NCBI GenBank assembly: GCA_038496445.1
Contig: JALMLS010000322.1
Coordinates: forward strand, 1,116,001-1,180,000
DNA length: 64,000 bases
Source of the DNA: Trichosphaerium sp. ATCC 40318
Taxonomy: Eukaryota; Protista; Tubulinea
Direction: 5' to 3'
The notes under the pieces were generated by a model. That model worked only from the letters and a program-made list of their open reading frames with translations, did no database searches and was not told the DNA's origin. A program made the translations under genes and the position numbers. Of the stretch, positions 25,622-36,856 are shown in pieces. Every line of letters begins with the position of its first letter. The stretch's first letter is position 1.

Positions 25622-27700
25622 ATGGCAGACCCTCTAACGCTTCTACGCGAATTTACGATAAAGAAACAACCAGTAGAGCAAGACAAGGACGGTAATTTCA
25701 TATTCGGCAAGTATAGCATACCAGGGACAAAAGAAACACGTTTTAAAGCAAAGACTGGTGGTAAATACACATTAGAGGCGGTTGCGTTTTTATTACGCCA
25801 CGCTAAACAACTGCATCATGCGTACATGGTAAAACAGTTGACATCTCTTATTTTGTGTTAAAACGCGTTCAGGTGCAATGTAGAAAGTTCAAAGTACCGT
25901 CAGTATCGCTGGTAGACAAGAAACAACTCTTAGAGTACTTGGAGGGCAAAATAGCCGACTGCCCTCAAATCGACAAGTCTCTTGACGTCCCAACAATATT
26001 AGAACAACAAGATGTTGACATGACTGACGCGCCGGTACACATTTAGTGACCCTTTGAAATTTTATGATTACACAGTCTCATGCACATGTGTACTCTTGTA
26101 TACTTTTTGGCGTTGTATGTGGGGCTGACATGGTTGCATTAAGGATAGAAATGTGGCACCTCAGGCAGAGGAGGAACCAGATCTAACCAAACCCATGGAA
26201 CTCAGTCAAAAGGAGCAAAAAGAGAGAGAAGAGCACGCTATGCGGTTAGAACGGAGAAAGCGATCCTCAAATGAACAAAAGAGCGAAGGAGATGTCAGGT
26301 ACAGTACCCTCATCAATGCACCACTGCTCCCTTTATCTCTTTTTGTGAAAGTTGGCGCTGACACGTTGTTTCATGTAGATCCTTTGCGGAGGAGTTGGGC
26401 GTGTCTGCAGATAAACTGAAGCAAATGAAAAAGAAAAGAGGCAAGCGCAAACGCGGGGAGGTGACTATCACGATTGATACCAGCATTCCTCACCGAGATG
26501 TATGTGTGTTGTGTCACATTGCACGTGTCACATGTCACGTTGAAATGATGCTATTTTTTTTTGTGGTGAATTTTTTTTTATTCAGTTCAATTTACAGTGC
26601 CTTGCATGCACAGTTGTGCTTATATCGTCATAGACTACATTTATAAAGAGGACATCAACAATGACAAGAGCCATCATCAAGAGAGAGCGACCGCTGTACA
26701 CTCGAGAAACGATATTACAAAGCAACGCGAAGGTGCTACAATTCCTTATTTTTGTGCTAACGTGTTGCTGTGCTAGAGTTTTGTGAAGCTATTGGATACC
26801 ACAAAGGACATACTCAAAATGCAAACTAAACCAACGAAGCGACGCCGCTACAACAGATATGAATTTGAAGAAAAGAAAGTGCTCAAAGAAAAGCTTGAAG
26901 TAGAAGAGTTTGAGATTGACACACGTGGTTCTAATCTCTCAAAAAAGCCAGCGTGCGTGCTGCGGACTACGCAAGAATTTTACTTGGCTTACCATTGCAT
27001 TCATAGTCAACACCGTGACGCTCGAGAGTCTAGTCGTTCCTCGAGCAGGCATCGTAGGGAGTCGTCTCGTTCCTCCAAAGGTACTTGAATCGGTTTTACA
27101 CCATGCAGCCCAATGTTGGGCATGTACTCATATCAACGTTTTAGTGTTGGGGACGCCTATAATTATTGTCCCTAATGATCCTACAGCGGTTATTAATATT
27201 TCGAATGTGCGTGCATTCTTGCAGGATGGACAGTTCAAGCCTACCCATAAAACTGGTCGAAAAGAACAACTTACAATGCTCACTGCGCCTAATGGCACCA
27301 AGTACGAGGTCATTGATAGCGCTACACGTCTGGAGCGCCGTGATTGGGCGAGGATAAAGGCGGTCTTTGCGCAAGGGCCAAAGTGGCAATTCAAAAATTG
27401 GCGTATAAGCAACCCAGTCGAACTATTTAACAAATACAAGGTACATCACGAAAAATGATGATTATTATACGCGTTTTGACACGTCTAATTTTAGGGGTAC
27501 CATGTACATTACGATGGTGAGGCCGTACCACCTACCATAAAGGCCTGGAACGTTAATATTCTATCGGTGCGCTTACAAGTGTGTGATTCGTTGCGCTTAC
27601 AGTTAGCAGGTAAACAAACACAAGCGACATCTCGATAAGACGGCTTCACTAAAATTTTGGAAGTCAATGTGATCGAAGTCGACTTACACCTCCCTGGCAC
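25622..27700 (+). CDS. CDC73: Parafibromin / Cdc73 (PAF1 complex); 3' end approximate
   Basis: 'MADPLTLLREF', 'YTLEAVAFLL', 'TPIIIVP', 'DWARIKAVFAQGPKWQFKNW', 'LKFW'. Confidence 0.92.
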
Positions 27701-27917
27701 CCATTAATATCCCGACTTGTCAACCAAAGACTCAAAAGCAAGCAGTGGACAGCATATAAAAGTGAGAGGCCTTTTAATTTTAGGGGTTTTTTTTTTCCTT
27801 CTTGTACAAGTGTTCATTTCTACACACATCGAGGATGAAACAGCAGCAAACTGCATCAACCACTTCAGCTACCTACCTCATTGTAATTAATAAAAAATAA
27901 TGGATATGCTTGCACAA

Positions 27918-28911
27918 CTAACTGGTCTTCAGCGCACGCTCCCTCTCGTCGATTGCAACAATGTCTGTGGCGCAATGCAAGTCAGTGTCAAAATTAAACC
28001 AAAAAGTCATAACAATAAAAATAAAACAATAAAAATGAGGCACGTACCTTTGGCTGCCTGTTGTAGTTGAATAAGGTTCATCAACTGCTTCAACGCCATC
28101 ACAGGGAAGCTCAAGTATACACACCACGTCCACATACCGTAGCTGAAGCCTATGTCGATTCGTGTTTAGAGAGTGTTTTGTACTCGATTTTAGTACCTGC
28201 AAAGTTAATGATAGGTCCGGTGAAGAAATGGGTCAAATACAGGGTGATGAAGAATGCCTCGTTGCCGAAGCACAAAGTAAAGAGCGTAACGCGGCTAGTG
28301 TAGTAGATCTGCAACAAAAAGTTTTGTTTCTCAGAGACGTCTTTGTGACTGTTGTTGCCGCTTGATAACGAACTAAAAATGTATGTGTCAACGTGGCATG
28401 TGAACACTCTCCCAAAAAACAAAAAAATCTACAAGTCATTTTGGCCAGTCTGTACCTCCACAAGTGCGTGTAATGGGACGTGAGATCGAGAGCAACCAGG
28501 AACATAAACATGTGGATCCAACTAGGGAAGAAATTGGCCAATACCATGAGGAGAGCGGTTGTTGATGCCCTGTCCGTCACCATATCCAGCACAGATCCGT
28601 AACGCGAGCCTTGTTTGCATTAAGCTGAGCGTTTTACAAACGTTGCTGACGCACTTTGGTTCAATAAACGAGCGGCGTAGCCGTCGAACGCGTCCAGAAA
28701 TTGCGACAGGCCATAGCATACCAAAAAGACGTATGGACTATCGAAGCAGACGTAAAAGGCAGCAAATGCCAGGCCAATGCGCGCATAACCTTATTTCGGG
28801 TAAGTGTATACCTTTGGAGGTTACTAAAGTGTGCAGGTTGCCCACGTAGAATTTTTGCACGGTTTGCGTACCAATCAAGTTGGGCACTAGAAAGTAGATA
28901 CTTGTGGGCAT
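27918..28911 (-). CDS. PIS1: CDP-diacylglycerol-inositol 3-phosphatidyltransferase (PI synthase)
   Basis: 'IYFLVPNLIG', 'LDAFDGYAAR', 'LDMVTDRAST', 'LDLTSHY', 'LCFGNEAFF' (CDP-alcohol phosphatidyltransferase motif). Confidence 0.92.
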
Positions 28912-29089
28912 GGTGTCGTGGTTTAGATGGTATTGAGCCAAAATTGTTGACGTTGGATTGTTATTGACTGTGTGGTTGTTTCGGATTTCCTTAACCGACC
29001 AAAAAATACAATGCTCACGTGGTACTGAAAAAAATGGTTCTTTATTTACACTATTGTACAACACCATCCGATGATCGAAGGGAAAAGGT

Positions 29090-29952
29090 TCAAATGACAA
29101 TCTCGAGCGTGTTGCACGCGTTGCATATCATGTAGAGGCCGGGAAGTGCATGATTCATTACCGCAAACGAAGGTTTACAATTACACCGAGTGCTGTGTGC
29201 GCTGCACAATGAGTCTAGCACGTTTGCTACATGTGCAAGAGAAATACAGTCCGTCTATAATAGCAGTAAGAGTTAGTTGTCATTACAGAAAGGAGAGATT
29301 GTCGCTCAATAAAAAAAAAAAAGGAAGAAGATTGGCCTTTGTACACACCTTCGTGTCTACGCGCATACCGCACACACACGATATAAATCTACCCTGTCCG
29401 GTTGACATGAGCATACTTTTTTGACAGACGGGGCAAAGGCAAGAATTTGGTGTTTCCTAATAGCCGTTAATCACAAATTATTTCCCTCGTATTTTAGAAC
29501 GCTATGCGTATTTATAGGCAACGGGTAGCGTACTTGGGCCCTTTGTAGTTCCTCAATCTCCTGTCTCTCAAACTGTTCAGCTGCCATCCTTAATTCTATG
29601 CTACGTGAGTTGTTGCGCGTTATATTTGTACTGTACCCTCTTCGCGTAAGTCTTTGTACATTGCTTCTTCCATGAATTGCATCAGATTTACATAGTCGTC
29701 GTGTGAAAGCTCTTCATCGAAGCACTCTTCGCGTTTAAAGTTGTCCCACGCGTTGTTGATAAGATTTCTTACAACTTGCGTTTTATTATTTGTGCCTGCC
29801 AACCTACGCTTATCTTGCATCTGTTGGCGCAATGTTTTGGCTTGATCGAAACATTTTGTAAGGAAGCGCCGTTTCCACGCCTGCTTATTTCTGCCATGTG
29901 CTACGCCTCGCTTTGTTAATGCGGCATCTCTACGTGCAGTGCTACGGTCCAT
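29090..29952 (-). CDS. RPAIN: RPA-interacting protein
   Basis: N-terminal 'WKRRFLTKC..AK..RQ'; 'CPVCQK'; C-terminal 'HSTRCNCKPSF...MICNACNTLEIVI*'. Confidence 0.75.
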
Positions 29953-30056
29953 GGTATAAAGTGTAAACTAATGTTATTTTGAAGAATTTTTCAGTGGCGG
30001 ACACAAGGACGAGTCAATACAAGTATTACATTCCAGGTCAGCACTTAAAACACGCC

Positions 30057-30867
30057 ATGTCCGACAATTTGCGGTCCTTCAAGTGTATTGATCTCCCAGA
30101 GGAAGTGGACGAAGATGCCATTAGTGTAAGTTTTACAGAACGCATTGCTGATGCAAAATGTTACGTGAGACGTATTATAAATACTTACGCATACTACAGC
30201 AATACTTTTCACAGCATGGAGATGTAGAAGACGTCAAAATAGAGATCGCTGAGGACGACACGCTTGTGGCAACGGTATACCACGGTTTTATAGGCTTTAT
30301 CGTGAAAAAAACTTGTAGGTGCGTATGGGGAGACCAGAGCAAGCTCTTGCTATGCTTGAAGCTGGATCACATGTTATTTCTGGCGTAACAATCGCAATGG
30401 AGGAGATGGAAACAGATGACGGCGAAGATACATTCATGACAGTTGTATGTCATCCTGGTTTTTTTTATGTTATTATTTACCATCTACCACACCTTTTATC
30501 TTTGTAATGTTTGCACAGGTGGCTCAAGGCGTTAACGCTTCCATTGCCACTTTCAATTTGAAGGGAGAGGATCACACTTTGGGCAACACAGTCCGTTATA
30601 TGCTCAATAAAAAGTACGTTACATCCACAAAGCGGTTGGGTACAAACTAAGAGTGAGCGTAGTCCCAATGTAGAGTTTGCTGGTTACTCCATTCCTCACC
30701 CGTACTCCAATTTGTTGAAGATTCGCGTTCAGACGAAACTAGGAGAAGCTGCTGTAGAATCGCTGAAGCAGTCATTGCGTGATTTGACAGACATGACCAA
30801 CCACATACTGGACACCTTTACACAACAAGTCGATCAATACCAGGAGAGCAATATGGACATGTCCTAA
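30057..30867 (+). CDS. POLR1D: RNA polymerase I/III subunit AC19 (RPB11 family) with N-terminal RRM-like domain
   Basis: C-terminal half 'TFNLKGEDHTLGNTVRYML..PNVEFAGYSIPHP...IRVQT'; N-terminal half 'LPEEVDEDAISQYFSQHGDVEDVKI'. The two halves are joined by in-frame GT-AG introns. Confidence 0.8.
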
Positions 30868-31083
30868 GCGCCAATAGCTCAGTCGCTGCTGTCCTAATAG
30901 TACAAAGTTGCACTAATCTAAAATTTCTGTGGCTTGCCTTGGCCTGTTTGCCCTTCCATTTTTTCACGTGAGAACATCAACCAATCCTTGTAAATTGTAC
31001 AAATAGATCATTCCATGTGGGTTGAGCCAGTCGTTGTTGCTTAAGGCCGGTTTGTTCTTCATTAAGCTCAAAAACGTCTCGCT

Positions 31084-31414
31084 ATGGCCAATCAAGACTA
31101 TACCCAACCTACCGCCTGCGCTGAGGCTAAAAATGCGCACAATGAGTGTTTTTTCGCTTGGTTACAGGACGATTTCCTAGCTAATCCTGCAGGGCGTACA
31201 ACGGTGAAAAACAATTGCGATGCGCTTTGGCAAACGTATCAGGACTGTTTAAAAGTGCGTGTAGCAATTTTTACACGTTTTGACGTGAATTTAGCTCAAA
31301 CTGGGTGCTATTGGCCTGAAAGATATTACGCGTATGCCAGGTGCAATACAAGGAGACTTAGATGGTTGGGTAGCTGAACTTGAGTCATGGGGTGATGGGG
31401 ACATTTCAAAATGA
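31084..31414 (+). CDS. TRIAP1: Mdm35/TRIAP1 twin-CX9C-type mitochondrial intermembrane-space protein
   Basis: 'CAEAKNAHNECFFAWLQDDFL...CDALWQTYQDCLK'; one intron at about 31255-31294. Confidence 0.75.
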
Positions 31415-32319
31415 AGGGAAAAATTATATTAAAGAAAATGTATTACAGTTTGTTTTGCATGGTGTAAAGTTAATACACAGATGTACAGAAGTTTTAGTAA
31501 AAAGTGCAAACCAACATATTTGTTTCATTAAAGTTGGCAAAACCTGAAAAATACCCAAACCCAATAATTTATCATTTGACAATACATTATTTTGACTAAT
31601 ATAAACAAAAATAAGTTTACAATAAAACTAGTACTTAATGCCACGATAACCAGCAGGGTCTACTGTCTCTTAAAAATAGAAAATGTCAGTAGACTATCAG
31701 CAGACATTTTAAATACCTTTAAAATGGTATACAACAAATACAAAAGTACTCTCATGCTCAGCTATGTGATTTTTTTTAGTGAAGTCTGTTATTAACAACA
31801 CTTCATTTGCTGAAATTGTCTTTTTGCTGTTTAAACTCGTTTATTTTAGTTGTTGCTTTTGTAACATGATCCTCATATGTACTAAGCTTGGCTTCTCAAA
31901 TCATTTTTTTTTTTATTTTATTTTTTACAAGCTAGGAGCAGCTACATGCTATTGATGATGCAGCTGTCACACGAGTGCTTGGCACATCTTCTTGGTGGAG
32001 GGTGGGCAACCACATCAAAATCATATTAGGTGGTGATTAAGCCTTGATCAAACCAGTTAAGTTTCTGGTCACCCAATATCAAAAATCTTATCGATTGGCC
32101 AATCAACTGTTCCCCATTGCTTTCTTCTGTACCCTGTGGAGGCCAGGTCATTCCTGACTTCTCAAATCATGAACTTTGGCAAGAGCTTTTGGGCAGACTA
32201 GTGTTGGTTTTTTGTTTTTCATTTCTTGTTTTATGTAATAAATTTGCCATTTAATCTCCAAGCACTTGATGCAGTGAGGACAGGCAAAATTATCAAACTT
32301 ACACAGTACTGGAATCGGG

Positions 32320-32460
32320 ATTTTGACCCATACAAAACCCGTATGGAACCTGTACTTTTGACCTGTACTTAACCTGTACAGGTTCTGTACTTTTGACCCA
32401 TACAAAACCTGTATGTGACCTGTACTTTTGACCTGTACTTAACCTGTACGGGTTCCGTAT
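32320..32460. repeat. 35-bp tandem repeat (~4 units, alternating variants)
   Basis: Units 'cttttgacccatacaaaacccgtatggaacctgta' and 'cttttgacctgtacttaacctgtacaggttctgta'. Confidence 0.9.
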
Positions 32461-33184
32461 TGTTGATCAGTACTTTACCCATATGGGTTATGTATGGGAT
32501 CTGTACAGGTAGAGTACAATTAAATAATATGAAAAATTGTAATTATTGGATACAGAACATACTCCTCTTTTTTCCATACAATGTATGTACACATATATCA
32601 CATGTGTGTCAAAACCACAACCATCAGTATACACTTGCAATCAAAAAAAAAATTTGGCCATCAAATTTTGTTTGGATTTGGTGATCAAAAAATCCAAAAA
32701 AAAATTACTGCAATTAAATGGCAGCTTGTAATCGTAAGGTACAAAAACATGTATTATTAATAGATGAGGGTGTTTTAAAGTTATTAGGGCATTTATTTAA
32801 AAAGTAGAGGAGAAAACTTAATAAAGTGCAAAATGTAGCTTTTTGCTGAATTTTGAATAACTTTGGTCTGACTGTATGAACTGCTCAGAAAATGTAGCAT
32901 TAGGTATATTTAGGTACGATGCATGGTTTCATGGTGGTTTGGGGATCAACTCACCATTTTTAGGCAAAAATGACAGAAAATATATATTTGGAGTAGTTTA
33001 AGGATATTATGGCCTAATAGCTCTATTAAACCACTTTTTAAAGGTGATTATGGGTTTCAAGCATTTTTCTGAAATAGTTGTTAAGTTGTGGATATTAAGT
33101 TGGGTTTTAGGACAATTAAGGCATGATGTCTAAAATATCTCCTCAAACAGGTCAAAAACATGGTTGTTTAGTGGTAATGGGGTT

Positions 33185-33235
33185 GTAATGTAATGTAATG
33201 TATTGTAATGTGTTGTAATGTAAATGTACTTGTAA
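33185..33235. repeat. Degenerate (TGTAA)n microsatellite
   Basis: 'tgtaatgtaatgtaatgtattgtaatgtgttgtaatgtaaatgtacttgtaa'. Confidence 0.8.
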
Positions 33236-33307
33236 TAGTTAAGAAAACAATAAACCAATCCATCATTTTTACTATTTTGTGTACACAATTATAACTGCTG
33301 ACACATA

Positions 33308-33510
33308 TTTTGACCCGTACCTAACCCGTACGGGTTCCATACTTTTGACCCATACAAAACCCATACGGAACCCATACTTTTGACCTGTACTCAACCTGTA
33401 TGGGTTCCATACTTTTGACCGGATTAAACCCGTATGTAACCTGTACTTTTGACCTGTACAAAACCTGTATGGGATCTGTACTTTTTGACCTATACTCTAC
33501 CTGTACATTA
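33308..33510. repeat. 35-bp tandem repeat (~6 units), same family and orientation as 32320-32460
   Basis: 'ttttgacccgtacctaacccgtacgggttccatac' and variants. Confidence 0.9.
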
Positions 33511-34502
33511 TCCATACTCCTGATTTTACTACTGCATCACTTAATGCCTGTGTTGTAGGTGAGAATTGCAATAAAAACTAAAACTCAAAAGTATCAACAG
33601 CTAATTTTATTTTATGAAATACACTTGAACAACAAGCAAAAAAATCATTTGCTTCATACCAAGCATGTAAGCCTTCCACATATTGTTGGGCATTCATCTT
33701 TGCAAAATTGCATGATGTCACCAAAAACTACATGCGCGTGTTGTATTTTAGATTTAATGGTGACGTTTTGTGATTCCTTGCTCTTTGAATGGTCCATGTT
33801 GAGCATGCAAGTTTTTATTGTTAATGTTAGGCCAACACCTTTACCAATAAGCTAATTACATACCTAAGTGACATTGGATGTTGAAAGACCATTAACAAGC
33901 TTTTTACACATTTTTGTGTTATAAGACTTCATTTAGATCTGTTTTTGATCATTTGTTTTAGATTTTTAACCAAAGTCACTTCAGTATTTTGTATTCTCTT
34001 TTTGAATACAACTGGGTATCATTTATGGGGATAGTTTTATGTAAAGTTTACTTAATACACTTAAAGTACCCCCATTAGTGAAACTTAATGACAATACTAA
34101 AACTGTAATGAGTAGTAAAAAACCAGTTTTGTGTAGTCACAAGGTGGAAATCTTTGATACCAGCTCAAAGATTTCCTAAAAAACTCAGGTTAATTGCAGC
34201 TCACATGGGCTTTGCTGTTGCCTTAAGGTGCTTTAGTATGCTGCCAATGGTAAGTAATAGTGATAATTATTGCATTAAGTGAGTGCTTTAACAGTAAGAT
34301 TGCCCTATAGAAGCCCCATTGCTTTTTTCTGTACCTTGTGGAGGCCAGGTCATTCTTGGATGATTTTGATGTGGTTGCCCACCCTCCACCAAAAAGATGT
34401 GCCAAGCACTCATGCAACAGCTGCATCATCAATAGCATGTAGCTGCTCCTAGCTTGTAAAAAATAAAAAAAAAAACTTTATGAAAAAAAGAAGTTGTGTA
34501 AA

Positions 34503-35551
34503 CAGTGGCATTGGACAGAATGCGAATCACATGTTTTGGGCACGTTTTGGGCACGTTTATTTTCCACGCAAAAGACACATTTTGGACACGTTTTGGGCAC
34601 GTTTTTTTTCCACACAAAAGGCACATTTCTCTTCCACATGCTGGCCACGCAAATCACACATTTTGGACACATTTTGAGCACATTTATTATCTACGTTTTG
34701 GGCACGTTTTGGGCACGCATATTTGCCACGCATATCGCACATTTTGGGCACGCATAAAACACCACTTTATAGAGGAAAAGAAAATAACAGTTTATTATGA
34801 TACATAACACATAACGATTACAAAGAGGTTTGGTACAATTATTACAGACTTTACATAAAACTATCCCCACATAAACAATACCCAGTTTATATCAACCAAC
34901 TTCATGTTTTTGCCATTTTACCTGCTTTTTTTGCTAATCCTGCCTTATTGTAAATACTTAAGCAAGAACTTACCTAATTAGGCAAAAATTCTCAAATCTA
35001 ATAATAGTCTTTAAAAAGGGGTTTAATGGAGTTATTGAGCCATAATATCCTTAATCTACCCTAAATATCTATTTTCTATCGTTTTTGCCTTAAAAAAAGG
35101 CACCAAACCCCAAACCACCATGAAACCATGCATCATACCTAATAGTGGGCCATACTTCGTTTTTTAAAGGATTCATACTAGTAGACCTGAGTTATTCATG
35201 AAAAATAGGAAAATCAAGCAATTGTTGGTTTTTGGGTATTTTTAGATTTTTTCGCCTACTTTTAGAGCCATGCCGATACAAACCTAACTATTGCTTACTT
35301 GGGTGAAAATACATGTTTTATTGTTGACGATCGGAGGTGATCGGCTTTGGGGTGAGATGGTTGAGTTTTGAGTTTGTCAATTTTTTTATTTTGAATTTTT
35401 CTCCAATTTCTATTAAGGACAGGTAATGGTTAAAACACGCAAATGGCACGTTTTGGGCACGTTTATTGCAAATATACAACACGCAAATGGCACGTTTATT
35501 TTCCACACAAATGGCACGTTTTAAGCACGCGTATTTTGTCCGACTCCACTG
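34503..35551. mobile_element. Non-autonomous DNA transposon-like element (CAGTGG...CCACTG TIRs, TTTTGGGCACG subterminal repeats)
   Basis: Left end 'cagtggcattggacagaatgcg' vs reverse complement of the right end 'cagtggagtcggacaaaatacg'. GGCACG arrays at 34532-34752 and 35440-35530. No matching TSD. Confidence 0.6.
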
Positions 35552-36856
35552 CTATTGGAAATCAACTAACTGGCTATCAGACTTTAAAAACTCCTGGAAA
35601 GACTGGGGTGCTGGTTTACCTCCTCCACCTGAGCCTCCTCCATTACCAACCTCATCTTTTACAAATACTCACACTAATAGTATCATATCTGCTACACCAA
35701 TCTTTCCTGTAACTCTCAGATCCACCAGAAAAAGGTATAAATATTACTCAGACTATGAAAGTTCAGATGGTGATAGCTCTGAGGAATGGGATTTAAACCA
35801 TTTATTCTAACATTGTAACACTTGTACTAAAATTGCATGTGTGGTTATTGTTGTCCACAGCACAATAAACCCACCAAAATTAAAAAAAAAAAAAATAGTT
35901 GAGTCTTGCCTACTTGATCTATTAGTGGATGGTGGAGTTAGTGAGCTAATCTGTTTGTTAACATAAGTATACATCATATTCATGAGTTTGTGTTATTGAG
36001 TTATACTGCATTGTATCTTGTTTGTGAGGCCTTTTAAACACTTTTTTAATGCTGCATAAATGATCAAGCTTCAATCTAAAGTTGATAATTTTTAAGGACT
36101 TTGTAGAAAAAAAGAAAATAACAATTTCTTACAATACATATCACATAACAATTCTAAAAAGGTTTGATACAATCATTACAGGGGCAGTCTCAGCCTTAAT
36201 TCAACTTTTTCCTGTTCTATGAGTGATAAAAGTAGATTTATTGGTTATAGCCTCTTCCCATATAATTACATATTTTGGTATGCCTACAATGCACAAATAA
36301 GGCCTCAAACTCAAAAAAATTGTTTATTTTATATTTCTCCTACCAACACCTACCAGACTGTAATTACTATAAATTAGCTTTACACATCACATACTTTTGC
36401 ACATTTGCAGCAAATGATAACTTTGGATGAAAAAGGTAGAATTCAGATAATGTTTCTACTTTTGCCTAAAACTCCCTGGTTCATGTTAAAATAGTAATGT
36501 AAAGCCCTATTTAAGTGTTTTTGGTGAATTCATTACTTGAATTCACTTATTTACACTTTAAAACACTGTGTAATGAATAACAGAAACTGTTTTACATTCT
36601 GAAGTGGCTATCTATTTTTTTAGTGTCTTTTTTGGTGTGATCCTTGAAGTCATTATTTTTTTTCTTTGCATTGTCAGTCTTTGTGTATGCTCTCACTTAT
36701 CTACAAAACTGTTATCAACATTTTGCCTTCTAAACATTAACTAAAAGCATGTACAAGGCACATACTGGTACACATACAAAGCCATATTTCATCTATATTG
36801 AACTCTTTTTTGCCAATTTAAGGCCAACTGACTACAAAAACAATCTGAGATTTATT

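Larger units (their letters stand above)
32304..33534. mobile_element. Non-autonomous DNA transposon-like element with imperfect TIRs and 35-bp subterminal repeats
   Basis: Left end 'cagtactggaatcgggatt' vs reverse complement of the right end 'cagtagtaaaatcaggagt'. 35-bp arrays at 32320-32460 and 33308-33510. No clear TSD. Confidence 0.55.
31450..36850. repeat. Gene-free AT-rich, CpG-depleted island of nested repeats/transposon remnants
   Basis: No credible spliced genes. Inverted pairs 31905-32024/34360-34475, 32910-33043/35009-35141, 34010-34048/34848-34888 and 31538-31570/35220-35251; direct pairs 32112-32152/34314-34355 and 34766-34842/36100-36173. Confidence 0.85.

Noticed and set aside
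32320-33510. 35-bp palindromic repeats resembling a CRISPR array
   Set aside because: Units are contiguous with no unique spacers, there are no cas genes and the context is eukaryotic; subterminal transposon repeats explain them better.
34429-34807. Several overlapping ORFs with repeated motifs (FGHVLGTF, CPKRAQNV)
   Set aside because: They are translations of the TTTTGGGCACG repeat array.
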